Assembly (NCBI GenBank): GCA_964016885.1 | Contig: OZ024746.1 | Coordinates: 99,634,001-99,698,000, forward strand | DNA from: Eledone cirrhosa | Taxonomy: Eukaryota | Direction of reading: 5' to 3' | DNA length: 64,000 bases | In this document: piece by piece, positions 26,774-40,151 of the stretch | Position numbering within the stretch: position 1 is the first letter of the stretch | Layout: each line of letters begins with the position of its first letter | Translations under genes and position numbers: made by a program | Notes under the pieces: model-generated | Told to the model about the DNA's origin: nothing | The model's input: only the letters and a program-made list of their open reading frames with translations | Database searches by the model: none

Positions 26774-27325
26774 AATGTGCAATAAGAGCAAAATATAACG
26801 ACATTGCTCAATTATTTTATCTAATGTTGTAATAACACAAGGAAATGTTGTTTGTGTATTTTTTTTTATATTTGCTCATAGGCTTTTACAATTTCGCTCA
26901 GCCAACAACTATTAAAAAGTGAGTTGCTTAAGATAACAATTTAATCACAAATTGTTGCTATCTTTTAATACACTCCAACAAGTCATCAAATTATGTACAA
27001 TAAAAACAAATCTTATTAATTTGCTCAGGGAATATAAAGAAAATGTATATACACTGATAATTGCAATTGTATGTAAATATTTTGTTTTTGTATTGTATAT
27101 TTTATGTTTTCTATTATGTATAATATATTGATTTAATATTGATTGTTTTTTGTAGTTGTTTATATTAAAAGTCTGAAAATATTTTTATACATCTTACACT
27201 AATATTTATAAGATAATTTATAATAACAATTACATAATCTAATTACATTACAACGATAATTTATTATTAATATATATCCTGTTTAACTAGAGTTATTACA
27301 AGCGTTGCCTTAAAAAAATATTAAA

Positions 27326-28281
27326 CTAGACATGAAAAATGCGCAAGCTCAAAAGTGCCACAGAATGTTATAATAAACCTTCAAAAGTGTGGGACTAGAG
27401 TTGTTGCTAAAAAATATTGTAATCATTATATATCGTACATTCTGTGGCATCCTTTATAAAAATAGCTTAAACCAACGAAGCCTTTATTTTTACGCTATTT
27501 CACTTAGTTAATTCTTAGAGTGTAACATATAAAAATAAATACATCTATGTTTAATGTAATAACAGCTATAAATAATTACGTAATATTATTATCATATACT
27601 CATAGTAACAAAATAATTGTGTTGAAACTTAATATGATGCTTATATGAACGATCAAATCTATAATGATAATTTCTTAAATATACTAATAGTAAAATAATT
27701 TAGTTATCTATTGTTACATTTTCATAGAACTATAATATTAACAATCGTATTGCATTATCAAATTTTTATCACTACAAACTTTCATATTGGAATTACCTTA
27801 AGCCACTTATTATTACTTCGCTTTCGTACTTTTACAGCTGTAGATATTGCGCTGTATCTTATATCTAATATCAATATCTCGTGGTAATTTGCATGAAGTG
27901 TAAAATAGGTTTATTAATAACTTTAATATGAAATGTATTATACAGGGCTGCGGAGTCGGTCAAAAATTGACTGGCTCCAACTCAGGATCCGATACTCCAT
28001 TATTTCCTAAATTTCAGCTCCGCAGCTCTGTTATTATATTAATTAATTTATTTTATAGTTGTAAATCATATTTTTATATGTTACACTCTAAGAATTAACT
28101 AAGTGAAATAGCGTAAAAATAAAGGCTTCGTTGGTTTAAGCTATTTTTATAAAGGATGCCACAGAATGTACGATATATAATGATTACAATATTTTTTAGC
28201 AACAACTCTAGTCCCACACTTTTGAAGGTTTATTATAACATTCTGTGGCACTTTTGAGCTTGCGCATTTTTCATGTCTAGT
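27326..28281. repeat. Fold-back structure: about 210-bp near-perfect inverted arms with a 530-bp spacer
   Basis: 27326-27537 (ACTAGACATGAAAAATGCGC...) is the reverse complement of 28070-28281 (...GCGCATTTTTCATGTCTAGT). Confidence 0.9.
27943..28030. mobile_element. 88-bp hAT-type mini-MITE
   Basis: TIRs CAGGGCTGCGGAG / CTCCGCAGCTCTG with 8-bp TSD gtattata/ttattata. Confidence 0.65.
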
Positions 28282-28531
28282 AATATATAAGTGACTATAG
28301 CGTCAAAATGGGAAAAATAGTTAACGTAAGATGTGGGAAAAATAATTCAAACTCATCTCAAAGAGAATCAGGATATAGATTCCTCCACAGAATTTAGTGA
28401 AATCCAGGGAAAAATCAATAGAGCCTTAACTCATGATAAAATAAAGTCTAAAATACTCATCCTTCAATTTGGAAAAACTTCAAATGCTCTGTATAGTCTT
28501 AAAGACTATTTCATGAAAACTTTCAGTGTGT

Positions 28532-28575
<44 letters not shown>

Positions 28576-28696
28576 ACACACACACATATATATATATATA
28601 TTGATATATGATACATATAAACTTGAATTTGTCAAATTATTTATTCAGGCATAAGAAGACTACACACCAAATCAATAGTTTCATATTTACACATAC

Positions 28697-28775
<79 letters not shown>

Positions 28776-28966
28776 GCGTATGCGTGCAATTGATCGTAAT
28801 AATATGCAGAATCCAGTAATTCCCCAGGTGACACGGTATAAACTGAGATCCACCAGTAAAAAGGAGGCCGCTATAATTTCCTACAACTCAGATTGAGAAA
28901 CTGATTAATTTTTGAAATAAGTCATTGGCAATTGTAGCGTATCCCGCTCTTCTAGGGTCGTCCTAT

Positions 28967-29322
28967 AATAATTGTTTCTACTTTTGCCACAAGGCCAGCA
29001 ATTACCCCAGTGCATTACTGGTACTATATTTTATCGACTCTGTAAGGATGAAAGGCAAAGTTCATTATTTGTACTAATTTTGAGAGTCTGTTGACTCTCT
29101 AACAAATCCTATCAAAATAATTATTTCTACTTTAGGCGCAAGGCCAGCAATTTGAAGGGGAGGTCGATTAAATCGACACCAGTACATTACTGGTACTTTA
29201 TTTTATCGATCCTGTAAGGATGAAAGACAAAGCTAACCTCCGCGGGATATGAACTCAGACCGTAAAGGGCCTTAACAATATACTACAAAGCATGGCGTCC
29301 GACCCTCTACCGATACTGCCGG
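28967..29322 (-). mobile_element. Two SINE A copies (28967-29062 truncated, 29118-29322 full)
   Basis: Reverse-complement tail/body/head motifs. Confidence 0.8.
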
Positions 29323-30071
29323 TCTACAGTTATGATCCTATAATGACATAGGAAAAAAAAAATCTGCTGTTCCCTGAATCAAACAAATCTTCATGAATTG
29401 TGCTAATCCTGTTACCCTCGGTTGATGCTCCACTGACTCCACACGTCCCTTTTATTCACCACAGTCATTCATGATTGTCTTGATCTCCTCTACTTTCTCC
29501 ATCTCTTTGGCCTCTCGCAGAGTGTCCACGTAGGTGGTTTTTCTCCTTAATCTACAGGTTCTTCTCACATCGCTACCCCAATGATATGAACCCAGTCAGT
29601 GTGAGAGAACGCCAGGACCAAGCAGCCTTGAGGTCCTAGACATTAAACGAGATACAACATATCTCCAGAACACAGCGAGGGAGACACGTTTAAATAGTCG
29701 TTCCAACTCTCAGTGAGATTGAAATTTAATATATATATAGATTATTATACTTGATGTAGCACTAACAGTTTTATATGAAGAAGAACAATCGAAGGTAAAT
29801 ATTTGGCAGCTAAAGTCAAATCCCAAAGTTTTCTATCGATATGCATGTCAATCTTTTGTCTTAAAATCCAAAATTGATCCGTCACAATCTCAAGATGGTT
29901 CCTATAGGGACGCCATTTATCTAAAACGATATTGTTTTTTTTTTAATCTAGAAAAATCCGCATATTGGAGACCCGGATAGACTCTACCAGACAACAACTT
30001 CTCACAGCAAACTAGCACAAATTTAACAGAACAGAGTAAAAGCAACACAATAATCCTTTCTTGATATAAAC

Positions 30072-30611
30072 CAGAGGTTAACAAAGTGGGTGCTACCACT
30101 CCCCGGGGGTCTTTGCGAAGGTCAAGAGGGTAGTGGGGCCTAAGGGAGAGGTAGAGATGATATAATAGTATATTAAATATCAAATGATACAGATTATATA
30201 CAAAAAATATATAACATTTATTTATACATAATATATACTATATTATTTATTACCGTATTTCCTATTGGTCACTATTGGTCACTGTATATTGTCTGGTCAC
30301 TATTGGTCACTGTATATTGTCTGGTCACTATTGGTCACTGTATATTGTCTGGTCACTATTGGTCACTATATTTTCAAAAATCTACTATGCGTCCTGGAGG
30401 CCGAAGGTTGTTTATCATTTTTTTTTCAAACTTTTGGTTGTCAAAATTAGGGTGCGTCCTCGAGGACGAAGCGTCTCCGGCGCCGGGAAATACGGTATAT
30501 ATCATTTACAATTTGCGTGAAGGCAAGTCTCTCTGGAAATAGGGTTGGGGGCACTGAGTGTATTACGTGGCCGTGAGGGGGGCGGTGGCCCCAGAGGTTT
30601 TAGAAACTCTG
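30072..30611. mobile_element. hAT (Buster/Charlie-type) MITE with nested TA-flanked Tc1/mariner-type MITE (30253-30495) that contains short tandem repeats
   Basis: Outer: CAGAGGTT...AAACTCTG with perfect 8-bp TSD ATATAAAC. Inner: TA|CCGTATTTCC...GGAAATACGG|TA. Confidence 0.8.
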
Positions 30612-31328
30612 ATATAAACTTTGGTCTAAGAATGGGTGGCCTGTTACTAAAATCCTTCAAAACCAGACTTGCTAGTTCCCTTAAAAAATATTCTGCCAGA
30701 GCTAATTAAACGCTGATAACTAACATAAATGTAGAAAATAAAACAAAAAAGGATAATAGTAATCCCGACTCATAAAGATGGCAGTAGAGTCCAAACAATC
30801 AATAGCAACCCGGTATCATTTCCACCTCACCAAGAGAAAACACTATCGTATAAGGAAAGATAAATTATTTACACAAACAAAATTTTTTTCGTTTAATTAT
30901 TAATCAATACTAGCAGAAATACCAGCCTACAGGTGGTTTTCTTCTAGCATATATAGTGTGTATATTGATATTATACGCAAGTATATATACATGTAGATAT
31001 GATACATCAACTAAAATCGTAATTGACAATATACACAGAAATTGAACGAAGACTGTGTTACACTGTCTTCTGTAATCAGTAACGTAATCCATGATACATT
31101 AAAAAAGACGATATTATATATAAACTGCATTAGGAGAAAATTAGCGACGGAAATATATGCGATTATAAGTGTTACAATATAACGGCCGCTAACCGGAAGT
31201 GTTGACATTTGAAAATTTTAAAGAAGTGAATTTTAAAGGTCTTTAAATAAGCTATAAAATATATTTAATCAACAGCCACGAAATTTAGCACATAAATTAT
31301 GTAATATTCATTCATTATTTATTCAAAG

Positions 31329-31511
31329 GTGGTGGATTGGCAGTATCGGTAGAGAGTCGGACGCCATGCTTTCCAGCATAGTTACGTCCCTTTACGGTCT
31401 GAGTTCAAATCCCGTCGAGGTTAACTTTGCCTTTCATCCTTACGAGGTCGATAAAATAAAGTACCAGTAATGTACTGAGTAATTGCTGGCCTTGTGCCAA
31501 AAGTAGAAACA
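31329..31511 (+). mobile_element. SINE A, full length with TSD
   Basis: TSD ATTATTTATTCAAAG. Confidence 0.92.
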
Positions 31512-32329
31512 ATTATTTATTCAAAGTAATCCAACTTATTTTACAAATGGGATAAAAAATATATTCTGGACGCAGTCCCGCACTCCTGCCTTTATTATAG
31601 TTAAGATTATGTAAATTTCCTTTGACTGAATATTATATGGTAAAGAATATCAGATACTCTGCTCTCTCTCTCTCTGTTTCCCCCTCTCTCTCTCTCTCTC
31701 TATGTCTTCCTCCCTCCCTCTCTCTATCGATCCATGTTTCCTTCCCCCCCTCTCTCTCTCTCTCTCTTCCTCTCTCTCTCTGTGTTTCCCTCTACCTGTC
31801 TCTCTCGCTCTCTTTCTATCTGTCTCCTTCCCTCCCTTTCTCTCTCTATATCTATCTGTCTCCCTCCCCTTCTCTCTCTCTCTCTATCTATCTATATGTC
31901 TCCCCCTCCCCCTCTCTCTCTATCTATCTATCTGTCTCCCCCCCACTATCTATCTATATGCCTCCCCCTCCCCCTCTCTTTCTATCTATATGTCTCCCCT
32001 CTCTCTCCGTCTTTCTCTCTCTCTTCTATGTGAAATAGTTAAAACAGTTAAAAAACAATGTTTATCTTTAATCAGTTAATTTAACTTTTATTATCTCTAT
32101 AATCGCCACACTTCATTTTTATGCTGTTTTATAAATAAATAAAAAATATCGAAAAGAACTGATGAGGGAATCCTAGAAAGAATGTTAGATATTTTATTTG
32201 TAATATTTAACTTTTGTAAGTGTGTCTGAGTTTGCACAATTCGTGTTTAAATATATAGGTGCTCCTTTAAATAGCCGGGTAGAGCCCAGCAACATTTTAG
32301 CTGTTCTATAGATAATGAACACAACCACA

Positions 32330-33340
32330 AGGATATGATCCGAACGTGGAAGAGCCGAACTCCCACCGTCATCGCCTCCATCTCTCTCGCCCTCCCCATC
32401 TTTCTGTATAGTGAGCAAATGGGGTCCGACGTGCTGGCCTCCCCACAGCCCCGGCAGACAGAATGGAGAAGGCGTTTCCCCGGAGGATGGTAATGGAAGA
32501 GCCATTCCAACTCGCGAGGCTCACACCAGCGGCTGGCCAGCTCAGCGATTATGGTGGTGAGTATTAACTTATCAACTAAAATTCTTCATGCCTCTGTGAG
32601 CACAACGTACTTTCTATTACACAGTTTGTCTTCGTTAGCTTTTTGTTCAGACTGTCATAGTTTCTCATTCTTTTTATCAGCTAGGTATGGAGCTTAGAAT
32701 TTTGGTTAAGGAGTTAGTGATGAGGCTGGAGCTTGACATCGTTGGTCTGATATGGGAGGTGCACCTTTGCGAACAGATCCATCACGGAGCCTCCATCTTA
32801 TGTGATACATCATATAGAGCGTAGCTAAGGAACCTGGCACGGATAGAGCCTTGATCAATTTAAAACAATAGAAAGCTTTCGATAGGGTCGACTAGTAGCG
32901 GCCCTCGGAGTAGCCGGCTTCAGGCCTGTTTTTAAACAATGGATCGCTGCAATGTACTACAACATCTGCTCTGTGGTCAGATTGAACTGTCACCTCTTGG
33001 AACCGTTCATCATGGTGTGTTCTGTCCGCCAGGGTTGCCCCTCTCGTCCCTGATGTATGTCTTGACTCTCGAGCCAGTACTGCACAAATTGGATACGTGT
33101 CAGCATATGGCGACAATGTAATCTTAGAGGTGTCGAACACCAAACATATCGAGGTGATCGATACCAGCAGTTATCTCTCAGTGGTAACAGGAATGAAAAT
33201 TAACCAGGAAAGGTCGGTGAGCTCGCAGCTCAGTAATTAGGGAGGTAGGTCCATGCTATCAAACAGCGTCGTCGTGTGCTGAACAGACGGACCGGCTAAA
33301 TTGCTGGGTTTAGTTTGGTCCTGATCCCCCAAAACTGGGA
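32330..33340 (+). pseudogene. Old, internally deleted Tx1-clade LINE related to the 47-57 kb elements
   Basis: Remnants KAFDRVD, GFRPVFKQWIAAM, VRQGCP, VLTLEP, VSAYGD, TDGPAKLLG..FGPD are colinear with ORF2 at 53917-57351. Confidence 0.75.
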
Positions 33341-33387
33341 GAGGGCAAAGGATGATACATCTTTGTACCAGTGACGTCGCAATTCAT

Positions 33388-33525
33388 TTCTACAGCTGTG
33401 TAAACTGGAGTAAGGTAAAATAAAGTGTCTTGCTCAAGGACATAATACACCACCTAGTCTGGAATTCGAACTCACAACCTGACGATTGAAAGCCGAACGC
33501 TCTAACCACAAGCCACTTGCCTTCA
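33388..33525 (-). mobile_element. CORE-type tRNA SINE (family B); further copies at about 33825-33945 (+) and 37780-37900 (+)
   Basis: Minus strand: GTGGCTTGTGGTTAGAGCG...GAGTTCGAATTCC...GTCCTTGAGCAAGACACTTTA (CORE-like). Confidence 0.65.
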
Positions 33526-33706
33526 CAATTAAGTAATACAGGAAGGGTAATACCCGATACGAGTGACCTTTTGGCAAAGTCTATCACCCAGAAACCACCT
33601 TTGCTAAGGTTACCTGCGAAGACATTGGCAGTAGGGTGTAGGATGTGATCAGTGACAACTACTAAACAAGACCGTTGATGTTTAAAATTGTTTAAGTCTG
33701 AAAATA

Positions 33707-33784
33707 CAGGGTGTCCCCCAAAAATGTATATACACTTCGACACCATTCTAATCAAAGTGTGTATACATTTCTTGGGACACCCTG
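33707..33784. mobile_element. 78-bp Tc1/mariner-type MITE
   Basis: TA|CAGGGTGTCCCCCAAAAATGTATATACAC ... GTGTGTATACATTTCTTGGGACACCCTG|TA. A related half copy lies at about 25129-25161. Confidence 0.75.
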
Positions 33785-34697
33785 TATACGTTTGTGGTTT
33801 TCCTTCGTGTGTATATATGTTCATGCGACTAAGTGCTTAAGATGTTCAGTTCACGTTCGTAAGTTTGTGAGATCAATTATCGCCGGCCTGTTGTGTATTT
33901 GAGCTAGGGACTTTACTTCATATAGTTCCAGTCCTCTCAGCTAACAAATATTAGTTCTACCTGTAATTCAAACAACGACCCTTCTCACACTTTACCGTTA
34001 ACGTTGCACGTGTCCGTGAAATGGTGTCATGTAAATGATCCATCCTGTTGGACACTGGATGAGACTTAAAGATTTCGAGTTTGATGGATACCACGAGAAG
34101 ACAGTAGCGCTTTATGTTTCCTACTACGTGCACAACCGAAACCACTGGATGAGCGAGTATAGGATAGCGGCAATACACAATGACTGGTGTAGTAGTATCA
34201 TCAACAATGTTTAGAAAAGAGCAACACTAGAGAGGTATCCAATTGTTGGAGCAAGTTATGAACGTGGAAGAAAGTGTTTATGGTTCAGCTAATTAGGTGA
34301 ATGAAATTAGATAGGTGGCGTGGCAAGTCTTTAGAATATAGGTTGTGTGCCATATGTAGCAGTAAATGTAATTAATATTAGTTGGAATTTGAACTTAGTT
34401 GTACACGTGTGATATTCTGTATGAATGCTGTATTTTGTCATAGGTCTATGCATGATTATTTTGGTGTCAACATATATATATATATATATATACATACACA
34501 CACATTTTCCTGAACATGGAACCTCGTTCTTCCCCCCAACTCTCACATTCACATACACACACACACACACACACGTACACACATATGCCACCTTCAGCCT
34601 TCCCCGCTCGGAAACCTACTCCGTAGGTAGACCCAGAAAAAATCCTGGTGTATTTATTGACAGTGGATTTTATCCACTGTCAATAAATACACCAATA

Positions 34698-34752
34698 CTT
34701 TCTGATGACTGAAAGCAAATTTTGTTTGCTTTCAAGAAACCACTGGTAAATG
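34698..34752 (+). ncRNA. Hammerhead-like motif (strong stem II, weak stem I)
   Basis: CTGATGA-C TGAAAGCAAA ttttg TTTGCTTTCA A-GAAA-CCA c TGG-TA, preceded by a perfect hairpin at about 34646-34694. Confidence 0.5.
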
Positions 34753-34938
34753 AAATAATTATCTTATGTTGTTTATTACATAACTAATAAGCTCTGTAAC
34801 CTACATAGAGCACTCTTTTTTCCTGGACTTTTCCGACGGAATTACTTCACACATATATAAATATATACACATATATACTGTATATATATATATATGTAGA
34901 TGTGTGTATATTGCAGACTTGACTGTCACCACTGAATA

Positions 34939-34977
34939 TGAACCTGAAGATTGCGAAAGCATGAAAGTACTTGTTCA
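34939..34977 (+). ncRNA. Minimal type I hammerhead ribozyme
   Basis: TGAAC-CTGAAGA-T TGC gaaa GCA T-GAAA-GTAC-T T-GTTCA: 5-bp stem I, GNRA-capped stem II, palindromic stem III. Confidence 0.65.
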
Positions 34978-35136
34978 ATTAACACTTAACATTTAATATT
35001 CTACCATACTATTTCATTATAATTTCATTATAATTTTAAAGGATTATAAATAAAACGAGTAAATCAGACGAAGTTGGAATTTCTTTTATTAATATAATCT
35101 TCTATACACAATCATACACACCCGTGTATATTTATT

Positions 35137-35317
<181 letters not shown>

Positions 35318-35515
35318 GTATATATATATACACGCGCATATATATATACACACACATATATATATATACATACATATATATACACATACATATATATACA
35401 CATATATATACACATATACATATACACAAATATATATACACATATATATACACATATATATACACATATATACACATACACACACATATATATGGACATA
35501 TAAATATATACATAC

Positions 35516-35548
<33 letters not shown>

Positions 35549-35614
35549 CATACATATATATATATACATACATATATATATATACATACATATATATATA
35601 TATACATACATATA

Positions 35615-36527
<913 letters not shown>

Positions 36528-36963
36528 TATATATAAATACATAGCAGAGTATAAAAGTTTTAATATGGAAGAGCTTCTACAGGACTAGAACTGTTTCATT
36601 CATCTACCTATATCTACATACATATATAATATAATATAATATAATATTAATTATATTATATTTATATATGTATGTATGTACGTTATTGTCATTGTGTATT
36701 GAGATTCATGAGGAAGCTAACGTAACTGATCTGTAACGGTAGATGAAATTCAAGCGGCAACGCAGCCAACATTAGACGGTGCTCTCATGCGTGGGAGACT
36801 CACTGCGATCGCTGGTCTACGTTGCCAAGGTGATTATCTTGAAGGGGGGAGGGATTTCTCATACAACTTTATATATCATATATCATGCATGTACGTATAT
36901 ACGGGTGCATGTTCGCCTTAACCATGTCTGTATTTTTCGTTGTTGTAGTATTAAGGTATACAC

Positions 36964-36996
<33 letters not shown>

Positions 36997-37000
36997 TATA

Positions 37001-37062
<62 letters not shown>

Positions 37063-37128
37063 TAACAGATTATGCAGTGGAATACGAAAAAAGTAAGAAC
37101 GAGGGGGGGGGGGTCCTCATCAGTTGTC

Positions 37129-37164
<36 letters not shown>

Positions 37165-37566
37165 AATGAGAATCAGCAGACTACTGATGACGGACTTTTC
37201 TCGGTCTATTTTTATTCATATGTTCATATTCGCAACAACGCAGCACGTCATTTTTCATTCATATATATATATATATATCTGCCCTACATTATCTATGTTT
37301 TTGTAGATTGGCCAATACCGGTAGAGGGTCGGGTGCCATGCTTTGACGCATAGAGTTACGGCCCTTGCCATTCTGAGTTCAGAGAGAGGTGATAACACGG
37401 AACTGTTTTCCATACAACATTCAATTACAGGTTAAAGCATAAAAGCCAAAGTTGGCGAGATTTGAACTCAGAGTTAAGAGAGTCGGGATGAATAAGGCAG
37501 AGAATTCTATCAGAAGTCCCGAGTTGATAGAAGTAAATATTAGAATATTAGTTTAATGCTTGTGAA

Positions 37567-37765
37567 GGGCGGTGGATTGGCAGTATCGGTAGAGGGTCGG
37601 TAGAGTTACGGCCCTTTATGATCTGAGTTCAAATCCCGCCGAGGTTAACTTTGCCTTTCATCCTTACGGGGTCGATAAAATAAAGTACCAGTCACGCACT
37701 GGTGTAAATTTCATCGACCTTCCCCCCCAATTGCAGGCCTTGTGCCTAAATAAGAAACCGTTATT
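37567..37765 (+). mobile_element. SINE A with TSD (other fragments at about 37305-37382 and 37440-37510)
   Basis: TSD TTTAATGCTTGTGAAG. Confidence 0.85.
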
Positions 37766-39035
37766 TTAATGCTTGTGAAGTCGCGCGACTGAGTGGTTTG
37801 AAAATTGGATTGGCAATCGTGTGGTTGCGAGTTCGGTTCTCGGACCAGGCGATATGTTATCTCCTTGAGTAAGATACTTTAATTCATGATGCTCCTTCTG
37901 CGTGGAGTTGCGACCAGTAGATAGTATCATCAATGGACACATTGTTTCCTTGGTCTGATTTGATGAGCTCCACTCCTTGTCGATTGTTTCAATAAATAAA
38001 TAAATAAGATTAATGCAGAGGTTGTTAAACTCTGGTTTAATCTTAGGTGTGAGCTAAACCCAGTAAAGGTTTGGACTACTCACTTCATAAAATGCTAGAG
38101 GGAACGAAGAAAAAATGCAGGAAGGTAAGAAAAGAACGACTAACATTCTGGCGGGTGTGGGTGTATACTTTTGTGTATATACGAGCTATATTAATAAATA
38201 TAAGCAGTGAGAGGTGCTTGACACATTTTAAGCCATGCTGTTAATGGTTTTCTGGGGGGTGTACTTTTCACAGTGAAGCAAAAATGCTGATTTACTAAGA
38301 ATTTATAATGTAAGTGTGAGTTTGTTAACCGTCTAGCGTTAAATATTTGTTTATATTGAAATATGAAAATATAACCCTAAACGTACTGATTACCACCATA
38401 TGTAGGAAATATATGTATGTATATATGCATGTATGTATGTACGTACGTATGTGTGCATGTATGTATGTGTGCATGTATGTATGTGTGCATGTATGTATGT
38501 ATATATGCATGTATGTATGTACGTATGTATGTGTGCATGTATGTATGTGTGCATGTATGTATGTATATATGCATGCATGTATGTACGTACGTATGTGTGC
38601 ATGTATGTATGTGTGCATGCATGTATGTATATATGCATGCATGTATGTATGTGTGCATGCATGCATATGTATGTATGCATGTTTGTATGTATGTTCTTCT
38701 GGTTTTATAATTTCACAAATGTTTGCCAATAGAGAGAGAGTCGGTTTCTAAGATAGACACAAGACTCTCTCATTGGAATTTACACAACATCATCTAGGTA
38801 GATATGGATGTATGTCTGTATGTCTGCATGTGTAGATATGGATGTTATTGTATGTGTGGATGTGGATGTTTTGAGTTGTATGTGTGCATGTGTATATGCT
38901 TAGTATCTGTACATGTGTATATGCAGTTATTAGATGCAACATTTTTGGAATGTTTTACATATTTTTACTGTTCCATTAATGTATGTATGTATGTAGGTAT
39001 GTATGTGCATATGTTTGTGCATATGTGAGGTAGCT

Positions 39036-40140
39036 CTCGAGTGCTACTGGTAACATGTAACGCAGTACAACCTGTCTCACGGTCGGGTCGTCGGCGACTA
39101 AACCGGCAACCTCAACTAGTTTGCTTGGTGAGGAGGGGGATATTTGGACACCCTGCTGGATGAAATACAAGACCCGGGAAAGGGTGGAGGAACTAAACAG
39201 AGTCAACGGTCATCCAAATAGTACTTTTTTTCCACCTGGGAGTGACAGGCCCCCAGTTGTTGTCACACCTTTCTAGGAGAGGGAAACTCTGAAAAAAAAC
39301 CTGCGGGTTCAGAAGCATCCGATAATGTTGACCAGTTCTCCTTTTCGGGTAGTGTTTTCGATGCTCAGAGAGTGGGATTGGTCGAGTGTAGGGCCTTTCA
39401 CCACTTAAAAAAATCTTGAAAACACAGGCATTGCTTGTTCAGGTTATGTTACAGGTTCGTGTGGCTGGCCGTAGCCTAAAAGTGCACCAAACTCTATGAT
39501 GACAAATGATGACTTGAAGTCAGTGGCAGTAAGGGCTCTGTAACTTCTTGTGAAGGGGTCTTGCCTGACAGGTGTCGCGTGACACCGCAGCGTGGGCCCG
39601 GTCGTCATCCTGCAAATGCAAAGAGGTTCAAACCACTGAATATTGGATGCTGGAATGTGAGAACTTTACTCGATTCCTAGTCCAGTGAAACTTGCCTTGA
39701 AAGAAGATCTGCTTTGGTGTGAAGGGAACTCAATCGCTATTGCACTTTCAAAAACGAGATTAGCAGTTGAGGGTCAATTCACAGAACAGAAGGGAGGATA
39801 TACCTTCTATTGGAGTGGTAGAGCAGAGGAGTGTAGGAGAGAGGCAGAGGTCGCATTTGCTGTCTCAAGGCTGGAAAACCTTCCTTGTGGATTCAATGAT
39901 CGGATAATGTCCATGAGAGTCCCTCTGATTCAAAACCACTTTATGACTTTGGTCAGTATGTACGTTCCTACCAAGTGTGCTAGTGATGATGAAAAACTAG
40001 CTTTCTACATGTCTTTGAAAGAGGTCATGCATAGTATAGCTTATGCAGACAAGATTGTCATCCTTGGTTATTTTAATACACGTGTTGGTAATGACTGAGA
40101 AGCTTGGAGTGTGATGGGTAAGGATAGAGTGGAAAAGTGC
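39036..40140 (+). mobile_element. RTE-clade LINE 5' end: 5' UTR plus degenerate APE endonuclease N-terminus
   Basis: LNIGCWNVRTLLD...ALSKTRL..EGQFTE..GGYTFYWSG...RIMSMRVPL...ILGYFNTRVG is BovB/RTE-type endonuclease sequence. Confidence 0.8.
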
Positions 40141-40151
40141 TTCCGAAGTCA

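Noticed and set aside
32155-32190. Hammerhead-like CTGATGAGGGAATCCTAGAAA
   Set aside because: No credible stem I or stem III.
37095-37200. Divergent CAGAC[A/T]ACTGATGA motifs on both strands
   Set aside because: These are probably 5' halves of PLE hammerheads, but no matching GAAA/stem III was found.
39036-39200. HDV-like ribozyme in the RTE 5' UTR
   Set aside because: Partial look-alikes exist (CTG-TCTCACGGT-CGG...GG...CTAA; CCTCCTCGC on the other strand), but I could not build P1 and P2.
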